Shown in pieces: positions 7,101 through 15,755 of a DNA stretch of 52,491 nt. The position numbers and the translations under genes are program-made. The first letter of the stretch is position 1. Every line of letters begins with the position of its first letter. Source of the DNA: a virus (taxonomy: Duplodnaviria > Caudoviricetes); IMG/VR virus record IMGVR_UViG_3300045107_000189, positions 1-52,491 of that record; one strand, given 5' to 3'. The notes beneath the pieces are model-generated. The model searched no databases, was not told where the DNA came from, and saw only the letters and a list, made by a program, of their open reading frames with translations.

Positions 7101-9626
7101 GAGGGCAGCGACCGCGAGCGACCGACTCGAGATCACGTCCGGCGAGTTGTAGCCCATCCATACGCCGGTGTTCGACGGGTAGCGGTGGCGCCCCTCGTTG
7201 TCCAGGAACTTGATCTCGCCGACCGGCGGCAGCGATCCGCTCGGAAGCGTCACGGCGCCGGTGTTCGCCACGAACTTGCCCGTGAAGTCGGGCACCGAGA
7301 GCAGCGACCCGTCGAGCAGCACGAGCAGCGCGCCCGGTCCGCCGGCGCCGCCCGGGCCGGCCGCGTACGTGTTCCGGTCCGGCATCAGCACCGTGGTCGG
7401 CGCCGAGCTGTTTCCGGAGAGGTTGATGCTCGCACTCGCGCCCAGGCCGAAGCCGCGCGAAATCACGCACAGCCCCGCTCCGCCCGCGGCGCCCGCGCCA
7501 CCGAGAGAGCGGATCGACGACCCACCGGTGACGATGCGCCCGCCCGGCGCGCCGCCTGTGCCGCGGAGATCCGTGGGGAGCCCGCGCAGCGTGCTTCCGA
7601 CCACTTCGAGGAGCAGCGGCGGGAACGTCGCGTGCGCAGCGCGCGTGAGCCGCGCCGGCATCGTCGTCATGTCCGGCGGCCCGTCCTCGTAGTCGCGAGC
7701 GACGTCGATGCCGTCCCAGCCGCGCGAGTTGCCGACGAAGCCGGGATTGCCGACTGGCTGCGTCGGGCCCGCGGCGTCGGCGACGCCCGGCTTGCCCTGC
7801 CCCACGCCGACGATCGCTCCGTTCTGCGTGTAGTAGCCGCGCACGCGCAGCTGCACGTTGCCGACGATGTTCAGCGTCACCGTCGAGGGAATCGTCAGGT
7901 CGCCGAGGAAGTAGTAGATCGACGGCGCGGCGTTGAGGTCGGCGGACCCCGTGAGCGTGTACGTGCCGGCGGCCATGACGCCACCGGTGATCGTCGCGAT
8001 GCTCGTGAGGTTCGTGCCAGCTGAGTTGTAGAACGCGTCGGGCAGCGACGTGACGTTCTGGGTCGGAGCGAGCGCGGATGCCGGCGCAGTCGACCCGAAG
8101 AGCTGCAGGGTGACGCGGCCCGTGCGGTGATTGACGCTCGTTCCCTGCACTTCGAACGCGCGATCGATACCGACCACGTTGCCGGCGAAGTCGCGTACGT
8201 GTTGCAGCTTCAGGCGGACGACGTCTCCCACCTCGATCGCGTCGAGGCTGGAGAACACGTCCACGGAGATCCGCTGCGGCGGGGCCGCGTAGCGATCGCG
8301 GAGCGCGTCGATCAGGCGGAAGAGCGTGGAGTCGGTGTGGCGGCCGCCCCAGAGGCCCTGGAACGCGAGCTTGATCTCCTCGCCGCGCCCGTGTGTCGCG
8401 ACCGAGAACGCGTCCAGCAGAGTGAACTCGCGCGTGAAGGACTTCCCGTCGGCGCTCGGGTTCCACTGCGCGGTGAACACGTTTCGCAGCGAGTCCATGT
8501 CGTGCTCGAGGGCACCGACCTGGACGCAATTCGACTCGTCCAGCGTCGCTACTGTGCCCGCGTCAGCCAGCACGCTCGCCATCTTCCGCAGCCCGAGGGA
8601 GCCATCTGCGTAGACGGGAGCGAACATGCCCATGGCGCGGAGGAGCTGCTCCTCGTAGAACTTCTTCCCGTCGGTCTTCTGGATCCCCAGGAACCGGGGC
8701 ACGAAGCCACGCGTGTCGTCGGACGTGTCCCAGAAGTCCGTGCCGATGCCGACGAAGTCGGCGATCCGCACGAGCGACGGATCGATGCCGAGGTGCCAGT
8801 GCGATGGCAGCTGCGCGCCGTCGCCGTACAGGATGCCCGTGAGGATCGCGTACAGCGCCTTGGGGCCTGGGATCTCGAGGTAGATCCCCTCCGTGACCTT
8901 CTCGCGACGCGCCGCCGGCGTCTCCGCATCGACGGTGTAGGCCGCGGCGATCGTGCCGAACACGCCGCGCGTGCACCCGGTGAACGTCGTGCCGGTGGTC
9001 CCGGTGTACCGGATCCACTCGTCCTTGATGCGGATGTAGCCGACGGTCTGGCTCGGCGCGTCCGAGTAGCTGGGTCCGTGGAACACTCGCGCGAAGCCGG
9101 CCGTCGACGCGACCGGGATCGTCGCGTCCGTCGCGCTGATCGACGCGGCGAGCGTCGTCGTGACGGGCGCGCAGATCTCCTTCCGCGCGCTTCGCTGCAC
9201 GTCAGAGCACTGGACGCTGTAGGAGCCCTTGTCGTACTCGGCGCCCGAGACGATCTGCGTCGCGTAGAGCTGGAACTCAGCGAAGCCCTGCCCCTTGAAG
9301 CCCTTGTAGAAGCGGACCTTCCGGCGCCGCAGCCCGTTGCCGTTCGCGAGCTGACTGCGGATCTGCGTCGTGAACTGCGACCCGCGATCCACGATGCGGA
9401 AGGACGCCGAGCCGATCTCGGCGCGGCCCTCGTCGGGGTTCAGCCGCTGAGACGTGACCGTGGGATCGGCCAGGCAGGCCTCGAGAACGGATCCCGGGAC
9501 GCCGGTGATGTCCGGGTGGGACGTGATGTAGAGCGAGCCCGTCGGGAACTCGACGTTCACGACGAAGCGCGGCTCCTTCGTCCGCGCCGTCGCGAGGACG
9601 CGGTACTCGACCGGATCGTCCCGCAT
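4137..9626 (-). CDS. Tail tip / host-specificity protein (1829 aa)
   Basis: Follows tape measure and distal tail genes; Gly-rich segment, FN3-like region, three tandem beta-sandwich repeats. Confidence 0.88.
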   Translation of the reverse strand: MRDDPVEYRVLATARTKEPRFVVNVEFPTGSLYITSHPDITGVPGSVLEACLADPTVTSQRLNPDEGRAEIGSASFRIVDRGSQFTTQIRSQLANGNGLRRRKVRFYKGFKGQGFAEFQLYATQIVSGAEYDKGSYSVQCSDVQRSARKEICAPVTTTLAASISATDATIPVASTAGFARVFHGPSYSDAPSQTVGYIRIKDEWIRYTGTTGTTFTGCTRGVFGTIAAAYTVDAETPAARREKVTEGIYLEIPGPKALYAILTGILYGDGAQLPSHWHLGIDPSLVRIADFVGIGTDFWDTSDDTRGFVPRFLGIQKTDGKKFYEEQLLRAMGMFAPVYADGSLGLRKMASVLADAGTVATLDESNCVQVGALEHDMDSLRNVFTAQWNPSADGKSFTREFTLLDAFSVATHGRGEEIKLAFQGLWGGRHTDSTLFRLIDALRDRYAAPPQRISVDVFSSLDAIEVGDVVRLKLQHVRDFAGNVVGIDRAFEVQGTSVNHRTGRVTLQLFGSTAPASALAPTQNVTSLPDAFYNSAGTNLTSIATITGGVMAAGTYTLTGSADLNAAPSIYYFLGDLTIPSTVTLNIVGNVQLRVRGYYTQNGAIVGVGQGKPGVADAAGPTQPVGNPGFVGNSRGWDGIDVARDYEDGPPDMTTMPARLTRAAHATFPPLLLEVVGSTLRGLPTDLRGTGGAPGGRIVTGGSSIRSLGGAGAAGGAGLCVISRGFGLGASASINLSGNSSAPTTVLMPDRNTYAAGPGGAGGPGALLVLLDGSLLSVPDFTGKFVANTGAVTLPSGSLPPVGEIKFLDNEGRHRYPSNTGVWMGYNSPDVISSRSLAVAALRVQFVPAPETASQDADSRPPPLTGLSATAQVGGIAIEATVPDWSLFDVVEIFASVDDQLINASKVGEIRGTRFVHPLPGGAQRWYWGRTRKGQTIFNTPNVSTFLPSTATSTITATASAAGTGPAGDSLFVQYSGDASTWHDPPFVAGSDIYMRQRVGTSGSWSPAIRIVGENGTPGAAGGTGNFIDFIFRRAATQPSTPTGSSPAGWSDAPPAADGNPCWMSSAEKTAAGALVGGWSTPVRFDGVDGAGAFSLVLVNAAKEGARITGAGSGSWGASQAYSVQGYPACYVAAKAGIVSQSTMFGLNTDPATDASYTSLDYAFYLANGGLEIYENGNQVLTGLTYDLATTLSIVYDGVRVRYYRNGVLVRTAPNPGRTFYFDSAFATAGGVLDFVAFGPAALATSPGLTLVPRNSGAAVMAAVANAVHKIGNTGSWEGDAYSLESYVGPCEVTFRVHRLTPGGLHTASAAYLMGGLTTDPLASAEYSTIDYALFTYPGDATVRVYQNGSERFQYNYAWDAETLFGIRYTGSAVEYRVNGTLIYTTPAPPGLRLYFDSAFADVGSQILDISFGPIGNPGAPAFTLVPRGSSLVSGTTIAKSGGGAAAYDSDVYSLESWVGGAFVSFRAGQTNAGGVLGLNSDPLTDQSFSSIDYSWNPASDGIAYVYAGASYLAASTPYTTSDVLAVHYDGKQVRWLKNGVQIQAIAAAANQRLYFDCSIYSPGARFTDIAFGPAGTSGNDGANGSNGVSPVQVVLVPEAWQVPCDYLGAVKSGALPKSIAVSVKQAGADIGPSSVSLSPSGCSVGAYSGGFFTITAVAAETAYVDVSVTAAGQTIVKRLSLSKVVDAQPLASARATLSNTNTNVGSSLYPSSGPSVTLTAPASGTINVSSSFVHNCNTAGDGTVQLQAKIQWRPSGGSWADVSGATGTSSPSASNIAGEIEPGVCTISSTALSGLTPGASYEFQYLQRKSGGTASTSGGSGAMTVGQA

Positions 9627-10048
9627 CAGAGCCGCTCGATCGTGAACGTGACGAGGGCCGCCTCGTCGCTGATGGACGCGCCGCTGGAGGGGATGCGGCG
9701 CTCGTCCCAGCCCAGCGCGGTGCGCGCGGCGGGGACACCCGCGCCGGGCACGGCGACGGAGCCGAACTCGTCGAACGTGAACTGCTCACCGCCCATCGTG
9801 GACGCGAGGAACTCGCGGAGCTGCAGGAGCTCGCCTGCCGTGCGAGTCAGAACCTGCACTTCCCACTGCAGCTGCGCGAAGTGCAGCAGCACCTCGCGGC
9901 TGTTGTTCACGGAGCGCTGCTCGTCGGCGCCGACGTTCGTCGTGCGCCGCGGATAGCCGGCCGTGCAGCGCAGGTCCATCGCATACGATGTCGACGCGGT
10001 GTGCCCGCTGACGAGCTCGCGCAGCGCGGTGTAGACGATCGCCGTCAT
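9626..10048 (-). CDS. Distal tail protein (gpM/Dit-like position)
   Basis: 140 aa between the tape measure and tail tip. Confidence 0.65.
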   Translation of the reverse strand: MTAIVYTALRELVSGHTASTSYAMDLRCTAGYPRRTTNVGADEQRSVNNSREVLLHFAQLQWEVQVLTRTAGELLQLREFLASTMGGEQFTFDEFGSVAVPGAGVPAARTALGWDERRIPSSGASISDEAALVTFTIERL

Positions 10049-11871
10049 CCCGGCACTCCAGCCAGCTCGAAGGCCTGGCGGCTATTCGCGCTGAAGAGCA
10101 TCACGTCCTTGTTGTCGACGGCGTCGCGGATCTGCTCGATGAACCAGTCGGCGGTCTCCTGGGACGAGAACACGTTCCCGTTGATGACGACCTGCGCGAC
10201 CGGCCGCGCGTCCTGCACCTCGCCCGTCGGCGCATCGGCGCCGGCGCGGTCCGCGACGGATCCGCCTGTACTCGTCCCGCCAATCCCCACGGAGCCGCCG
10301 CCGCCACCGCTCTCGGAGTACTTCGCCGCGCGCACCTGAGCGATCTGGATGGCTCCCATAGCCGCCACCTTGGCGGCCGCTGCGAGGTTGGCCGGGAACG
10401 GCACGTCTCGCATGGCGCGCATGATCGCGCCGCCCGTGTTCCAGACGATCTGCGCGATCGCGAGGGACTGCTGCATCTTCGCGAGTCGCGAGTTGCCCGC
10501 GGCCGCGACACCGACGCCCATCTCGATGAGCTCCGCCCAGCTCATGTGCGCCGCCTGGCGGAACTGGGTCTGCATCTCCTCGGACCCGGCGACCAGGCTC
10601 ATCACGGTTGCCTCGCGCCACTGCGCTTTCGACACCACCGCCTGGTTGTACGCGTCGTGGAGTTCGAGCTTCTGCTCGTTCAGCACGCGCATCGCCTCGA
10701 GCTGCACCTCGTTGCCGAGCGCATCCATGCCTTCGGTGGTCGCAGCCGTCTCCGGCACCAGCTGACCGTTCCGCATGACGAGGCGCGTCGACTCGGATCC
10801 CCCGGACATGCCGCTGCCAGCCTGCCGGTTCAGGAACGCCTTCATCGCGGCGCTCTCTTCGGCCTTGCCCGCGTCGGGAGTGAAGCCGGGCGGCTTCTCG
10901 AGCGATGGGAACTGATGGGCGCCGCGCGACGCCGGGCCGCTGCCGCCGGTGGATGTCACGGCGCCGAGCTCGTTGAGCCGCGCCTGAACGATCGCCTGGC
11001 GCTTGAGCGCCTCCCGACGCATTCCGAGCGTCGTTGCGCTCGCGTTCGGCTGCAGCGGGTTCTCAGTCAGCTCGCGGAGGTTCTGGAGCTCGGTCGTGAG
11101 CCGTTCGATCTCGGTGGGCCCGACCGTCGCCTTCCGGAGGAAGTCTAGAAACGCAGAACCTGCGGGCGCGGCCTTGGCGATCAGCGAGTTCGCGAGCGCA
11201 TCCCACGACGCGCTCAGCTTCTTGATCTTGTCGTCGACGTCGGCGAGGTCGTCGATCGCCTTGTCGCTGAGCACGACCCCGAGCTGCCGCGCCTCCGCGC
11301 TCGCCTGCCGAATGCCGTCAGCGCCCTTCTCGAACATCGGGAGCAACTCGGCACCGGCGCGGCCGAACATCTCCGTGGCAGCACGCGCCCGCTGCGCGGG
11401 ATCCTCGAGACGAGAGATCTGCTCGGCGAGCAGTTCGAACTGCTGTTCGGGCGCAAGCCGCTTCAGGTCGGACGCGGTGAGGCCGAGCGCGGCGAGCGTC
11501 GCGTTCGCCGCCTTGCTACCGGTCGCCGCCTCGTCGATGTTCGTCTGCATCATCCGGATGGATGTGCTGAGCGCAGACATCTCGACGTCGGACTGCTTCG
11601 CGGCGTACGCGAGCGCCTGGAACTGCTGGGCGCCAATCCCGGACTTCGCCGAAGCCTTCGCGATCGAGTCGCCGTACTCGACGGCCGCGCGCGTCGCGCT
11701 GACGATGGCGCCGATCGACAGTGCGCCGAGGACCACGCCCTTGAGGTTCGTGAACGCCTCGCCGACCGGCTTCGCGGCCATCGAGAACGCCGACATCTCG
11801 CGCTTCGCGGCGGAGACGCCGGAGCGCAGGCCGTTCGTGTCGGCGCCGATGAAGACCTTTGCGTCTGTCAC
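10045..11871 (-). CDS. Tail tape measure protein (608 aa)
   Basis: Ala-rich helical protein with FGRAGAELLP motif; follows the chaperones. Confidence 0.9.
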   Translation of the reverse strand: MTDAKVFIGADTNGLRSGVSAAKREMSAFSMAAKPVGEAFTNLKGVVLGALSIGAIVSATRAAVEYGDSIAKASAKSGIGAQQFQALAYAAKQSDVEMSALSTSIRMMQTNIDEAATGSKAANATLAALGLTASDLKRLAPEQQFELLAEQISRLEDPAQRARAATEMFGRAGAELLPMFEKGADGIRQASAEARQLGVVLSDKAIDDLADVDDKIKKLSASWDALANSLIAKAAPAGSAFLDFLRKATVGPTEIERLTTELQNLRELTENPLQPNASATTLGMRREALKRQAIVQARLNELGAVTSTGGSGPASRGAHQFPSLEKPPGFTPDAGKAEESAAMKAFLNRQAGSGMSGGSESTRLVMRNGQLVPETAATTEGMDALGNEVQLEAMRVLNEQKLELHDAYNQAVVSKAQWREATVMSLVAGSEEMQTQFRQAAHMSWAELIEMGVGVAAAGNSRLAKMQQSLAIAQIVWNTGGAIMRAMRDVPFPANLAAAAKVAAMGAIQIAQVRAAKYSESGGGGGSVGIGGTSTGGSVADRAGADAPTGEVQDARPVAQVVINGNVFSSQETADWFIEQIRDAVDNKDVMLFSANSRQAFELAGVPG

Positions 11872-12200
11872 TTGGGCTTCCCGAAGATGCTCGCGAAGAT
11901 GGCCTTCTGCTGCTCGAGGCTCTGCGGCGCCTCATCCCGCGTTCGTGGCAGCGGGAAGACCTCGTCGATGCGGTACGGGCGGCCGTTGCCGTGGCCGCCG
12001 TTCACGTTGCGCAGGTGGCAGATGAGCGCGCCGATCATGAGGCGGTCGCCGAGGAACCCCTGCGGCTCCTCCTCCTCGAGCTCCAGATGCATCGCGAGCT
12101 CGAGGCCCGACATGCGGTCGAGCAGCTCGGTGACCGGCATGTGGAACCGTTGCGCGAGCCGGAGGATCTGCCTGATCTCCGGCTCGCGGATCAGTTTTTT
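11868..12200 (-). CDS. Tail assembly chaperone gpT-like segment (-1 frame of a gpGT fusion)
   Basis: Open -1 frame from the slippery site: KLIREPEIRQILRLAQRFHMPVTELLDRMS... Confidence 0.8.
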   Translation of the reverse strand, partial: KKLIREPEIRQILRLAQRFHMPVTELLDRMSGLELAMHLELEEEEPQGFLGDRLMIGALICHLRNVNGGHGNGRPYRIDEVFPLPRTRDEAPQSLEQQKAIFASIFGKPK

Positions 12201-12520
12201 GCGGGGTTCTCATCCGGGAACGCGAAGCCGGAGACGAGCAGCAGTTTCTTCGCCGCCTCGGCCACAAGCGGTGACGGCCACTCGCTGAACTCATCGACCG
12301 ACGCAGCGATCGGCGCGCCGTCCTCGTCGACGAGGTGGCGGAGCAGGAGCTCCGCATCCGTGATCGGCTCACCCTCGCCCCGCGCGAACGCGATGCCTGC
12401 GTTCGAGAATGCCGTGGTCTCGGCACCGGTCATCGTGCGAACGAGCAGCTTCACGCCGCGCACATCGATCTCGACGATCGCGGCGCGCCTCAGCGCCGCG
12501 ATCAGCTCGGTGTGCTTCAC
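12191..12520 (-). CDS. Tail assembly chaperone gpG-like
   Basis: GTGA overlap with the tail tube stop; ends PAKN at the slippery site. Confidence 0.8.
   Translation of the reverse strand: MKHTELIAALRRAAIVEIDVRGVKLLVRTMTGAETTAFSNAGIAFARGEGEPITDAELLLRHLVDEDGAPIAASVDEFSEWPSPLVAEAAKKLLLVSGFAFPDENPAKN
12194..12200 (-). other. Programmed -1 frameshift slippery heptamer A AAA AAC
   Basis: GCA AAA AAC TGA at the end of the gpG-like ORF. Confidence 0.88.
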
Positions 12521-12954
12521 GGGGTCACCGTCGGCTTGCTCGACAGCCGCAGCACGATGTCGAGCATGATCGGCGTGCCGTTTGCGTCGTACTCGGAGTG
12601 GCCCCACTCCTGGACGTACGCCGAGAACTGGAACTGGTACGCCCCGCCGTCCGGCGCGATCAGCTGGTACACGCCCAGCGTCTTCCCCTCGAGCGCCGTG
12701 CGGAGCGCGTCGTGGCCGGCCGTCGCCTGCGCGGGCACGGTCTGGTCGAACAGCAGCGACACCGGGACCTGCATTCCCTCGAGCGTCGTCGGCATGACGA
12801 CCGGGTACTCGTCCTCGGTGATCCGGACCTCTTCGAAGTTGCGGACCCACTTCGGCGGCGTCGCCTTGTTCACCTGGGCGATGGTCGTGAAGACGTCCGG
12901 GCCGGTCGAGGTCCGGAGCTTCAGGAGGAACCCATTGCTGCTCGTGCCGGGCAT
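12517..12954 (-). CDS. Major tail tube protein
   Basis: 145 aa, FTTIAQV...FQFSAYV pattern, GGAG RBS, synteny. Confidence 0.8.
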   Translation of the reverse strand: MPGTSSNGFLLKLRTSTGPDVFTTIAQVNKATPPKWVRNFEEVRITEDEYPVVMPTTLEGMQVPVSLLFDQTVPAQATAGHDALRTALEGKTLGVYQLIAPDGGAYQFQFSAYVQEWGHSEYDANGTPIMLDIVLRLSSKPTVTP

Positions 12955-12968
12955 GTCGTGCTCTCCAG

Positions 12969-12995
12969 AAATACGAAGGCCCGCGTGAGCGGGCC
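12969..12995 (-). terminator. Hairpin / possible intrinsic terminator
   Basis: GGCCCGC-TCAC-GCGGGCC followed by TTCGTATTT. Confidence 0.45.
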
Positions 12996-13016
12996 GGGAA
13001 GGGATTCAGGGCGCGG

Positions 13017-13457
13017 TCACACCGCGGTGCGCGGGTCCGTCTCGACGGTCCAGTATTGGACGCGGAACTGCAGCTCGCCAAACCCGCGCGGGTAATCCTG
13101 GTCGTTCTGGGACTCGGGATTCGTGGCGACGAGCATTACGTCCTTCGCAAGCCCTCCGAGACGCGGGTCCGCAGTGAGGCGCTCTTCCACCTCTGCGCAG
13201 ATCTCGTCGAGCAGATCGTCGGGCTCGTCGTCGAGCACCACCGCCTCCACGCGCACGACCACCGCGCGTATGCAGATCGGCGGACTCGAGGCGATTCGTT
13301 CGCTGGACTCCGCGCCCGTGGACACGAACAGCATCCGGCGCACGCCGTCCGGCGGCCGCTGCGCGCGGCCGCGCGCGACGTGCTCGCCCACGCTCGGCAG
13401 GTTCTCCACCAGCGCGTGGACGGCGTCGCGGATCTGGGCGCGAGCGTGCTTCGGCAT
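13017..13457 (-). CDS. Tail terminator (gpU-like)
   Basis: H.R.QIRDA...LDEICAEVE..L..D..LGGL motif. Confidence 0.8.
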   Translation of the reverse strand: MPKHARAQIRDAVHALVENLPSVGEHVARGRAQRPPDGVRRMLFVSTGAESSERIASSPPICIRAVVVRVEAVVLDDEPDDLLDEICAEVEERLTADPRLGGLAKDVMLVATNPESQNDQDYPRGFGELQFRVQYWTVETDPRTAV

Positions 13458-13474
13458 CGGGGTCCCTCAGCTAA

Positions 13475-13819
13475 TCAGCGGCGCGGAACGACTTCCCACG
13501 ACGAGCGGGACTCGTCGCGGCCGATCTCGAGGCGCAGCGTGAACTCCTCGCGCGTGTCGACCAGCCGGACGACGGCGCCGGCGCGCGGCTCGGGGATCTC
13601 GCAGAGCTGGAGGCGCATGACCATGCGGCGGATCATCTCGGAGGCCGGGCCCGCGCCGAACTCCGACCCGGGCGTCGGACCGTAGTCCTGCAGCTCGCGG
13701 TCGATGAGCACGGTGCACGGCGTGCGCCCGTCGTAGAGCGCGGCATCCGCAAGGCCTGCGTCGAGCGACTTCGCGAACAGGATCGCGTCGAGCTCGCGGT
13801 ACTTGGAGGTCTGGCTCAT
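13475..13819 (-). CDS. Head-tail joining protein (gpFII-like)
   Basis: Size and position after the capsid gene. Confidence 0.65.
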   Translation of the reverse strand: MSQTSKYRELDAILFAKSLDAGLADAALYDGRTPCTVLIDRELQDYGPTPGSEFGAGPASEMIRRMVMRLQLCEIPEPRAGAVVRLVDTREEFTLRLEIGRDESRSSWEVVPRR

Positions 13820-13825
13820 GGAATG

Positions 13826-13851
13826 GGCCGGGCGCCGCGCGGCGCCCGGCC
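13826..13851. other. 11-bp GC hairpin after the capsid gene
   Basis: GGCCGGGCGCC-GCGC-GGCGCCCGGCC. Confidence 0.55.
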
Positions 13852-13873
13852 TGCTCCTCCGTCAGCCGCCGGA

Positions 13874-14881
13874 TCAGGTCCGGCGCGCGACGATCAGCGA
13901 CTTCGGGCGGGTGCAGTACGAGAGCGCGTTCATCTGCGTCTCGAGGTGCACGCCCTTGCCGTTCGGCATCGGGTACTGCCGGGCGTACCGCGGCAGGCCG
14001 AGCGTGTTCACGGTCTCCACGTAGTCCGCGGGCGCGTACACCGTGCGGAAGAGGCCCGGCACGCCCGTCGCGAAGAAGTGGCACTTGTCGGTGTTGATGA
14101 ACGCCGAGCCACCCACCGCGCCGCGGTAGTTCTCGAAGCGGATGCCGCCGTAGTCGAGCACCTCGTACGCGGCGTTGCCGCGCAGCTGCGCCGCTTCCGC
14201 CTGGTTCAGGTACGTCTCGCGCACTTCCTTGTGGGCGATCAGGTCGTCCCAGAACGCGTCGCCGCAGAACGCGTGGATCGCCCCGAACGGCACCCCACCC
14301 ATCTCGTCCGCGACGAGGCGCACGACCTGCGTGCACTTCTTCCGGAGCGCGCCACTCGCTGGCGTCGCGTTGTCGAGGTCGAAGTCGATCTCCGCGGCCT
14401 GCGAGACGCCGAACTCCGTGAACAGGTTGTACAGCGTCGAGCCGTCGCCGTTCAGGATGATGCCCTTGATGGCGCCGATCCGCTGGTACTCGAGCGTGGG
14501 GTCGTGGCGGAGGCGGACGTGGTCCGCCGCGCGCTGGTCCACCAGAGCGCGCACCGTCTGCACCTGGTTCTCCTGGCCGAAGGCGCGGATGTTCTGCACC
14601 TCTTCGGCGTAGATCGCGTCGTCGATCTCGTAGTGCGGGACGCGCAGGTCGCGCACGTTGCGCTTGTCCTTCGCGATCGTGGTGCCGGGGGCGCCGCGCG
14701 GAGACGGGTTCACGAGCTGCAGCGAGCCCGAGACCTCCTCGATCGCGATCGTGGTGGTCGAGACGCCCTGCTCGTTCCAGTTGATCACCTGACCGGCGCG
14801 ACCCGGGACGAACGGGACCTTGTTGATCGCGTCGGTGAGCGAGATCACCGAGAACGCGTTGGACTTGAAGATGTCGAGCAT
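13874..14881 (-). CDS. Major capsid protein (lambda gpE family)
   Basis: AFSVISLTDAINK...TLEYQRIGAIKG...APADYVETVNTLG...YCTRP. Confidence 0.93.
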   Translation of the reverse strand: MLDIFKSNAFSVISLTDAINKVPFVPGRAGQVINWNEQGVSTTTIAIEEVSGSLQLVNPSPRGAPGTTIAKDKRNVRDLRVPHYEIDDAIYAEEVQNIRAFGQENQVQTVRALVDQRAADHVRLRHDPTLEYQRIGAIKGIILNGDGSTLYNLFTEFGVSQAAEIDFDLDNATPASGALRKKCTQVVRLVADEMGGVPFGAIHAFCGDAFWDDLIAHKEVRETYLNQAEAAQLRGNAAYEVLDYGGIRFENYRGAVGGSAFINTDKCHFFATGVPGLFRTVYAPADYVETVNTLGLPRYARQYPMPNGKGVHLETQMNALSYCTRPKSLIVARRT

Positions 14882-14921
14882 CGATGTTCTCCGGAAGCTG
14901 AGAGAGAGGAGCGGCCGCGGA

Positions 14922-15287
14922 TCAGCGGACCAGGATGCCGAGCGCGGCGAAGTCGACGACCGAGGCGTCCTTGGACGTCTGGTCCTGGCCCACGGCGTAG
15001 ACCAGCTCGTTCTTGTTCACCTCGGCGTCGCGCACGATCGCCGTGGCGGTCTTGTCGCCGCCGGATGCGTCGACGTCGTCGAAGAGGATGGCCGCGGCCG
15101 CCTGGCTGCCGTCCCCGGCGCCGTTGTCGTAGGCCTTGTACTTGCCGCTCGCCGAGATCTTGCCGAGTACCGCACCGGCCTTGAGGTTCTGGCCGGACAC
15201 GATCGTCACGACGTCGCGCGAGCGCGAGCCGTTCGCCTCGGACAGCAGGAAGCCACCGGCGTGGCCGGTTTCCGTCAGGGTCGTCAT
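14922..15287 (-). CDS. Head decoration protein (gpD-like)
   Basis: FLLSEANGSRSRD...GAVLG...DGSQAAAAIL. Confidence 0.9.
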   Translation of the reverse strand: MTTLTETGHAGGFLLSEANGSRSRDVVTIVSGQNLKAGAVLGKISASGKYKAYDNGAGDGSQAAAAILFDDVDASGGDKTATAIVRDAEVNKNELVYAVGQDQTSKDASVVDFAALGILVR

Positions 15288-15329
15288 GGAGTTCTACCTC
15301 GTGAGGTTCAGGATGGGAGACGGCCGGGC

Positions 15330-15755
15330 TTACTTCGCGCCGGAGCGGCGCGCGTAGATCGCGGCCATGTCGATCGAGGCGGACTGCGCGCCCGGCGCCG
15401 CGACGCCCGGATCCTCCGCGCGCACGCCCGGCGTGCCGGCCGCGGCCATCGCACGCTCGAGCGGCGAGCCGGCCGCCGCCGGCGAGGCCTTCGGCGACTT
15501 CGCGAGCAGCGCGATCGCGGCGTCCGCCGCCATCTCGGTGTCGTACGCGAGGTGACTCGCGAGCTCGCCGCGGCCTTCCGCCTCGGCGCTCGTGAGGATG
15601 GTCTTCACGCGGGCCGTCGCGGCCGCGGCGCCCTCCTTCAGGCCCTCCGCCTTGCCCTCGGCGCGACCTTCCGCGCGGGCCGTGGAGAGCTGCTCCGCCG
15701 TCGCGGAGGTCTGCTCCGCAGCCGCGGCGTTCGGCTTGTTCGCACTCGTCGTCAT
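15330..15755 (-). CDS. Nested scaffold protein (Nu3-like)
   Basis: In-frame internal ATG preceded by AGGAG; Ala-rich helical C-terminus. Confidence 0.7.
   Translation of the reverse strand: MTTSANKPNAAAAEQTSATAEQLSTARAEGRAEGKAEGLKEGAAAATARVKTILTSAEAEGRGELASHLAYDTEMAADAAIALLAKSPKASPAAAGSPLERAMAAAGTPGVRAEDPGVAAPGAQSASIDMAAIYARRSGAK

Noticed and set aside
3528-8024. 1498-aa plus-strand ORF and other long antisense ORFs (e.g. 8127-9956, 14820-17030, 18846-21224, 23512-25500, 37564-39258, 43596-45953)
   Set aside because: Arg-rich shadow frames opposite genuine GC3-biased genes; no recognisable motifs
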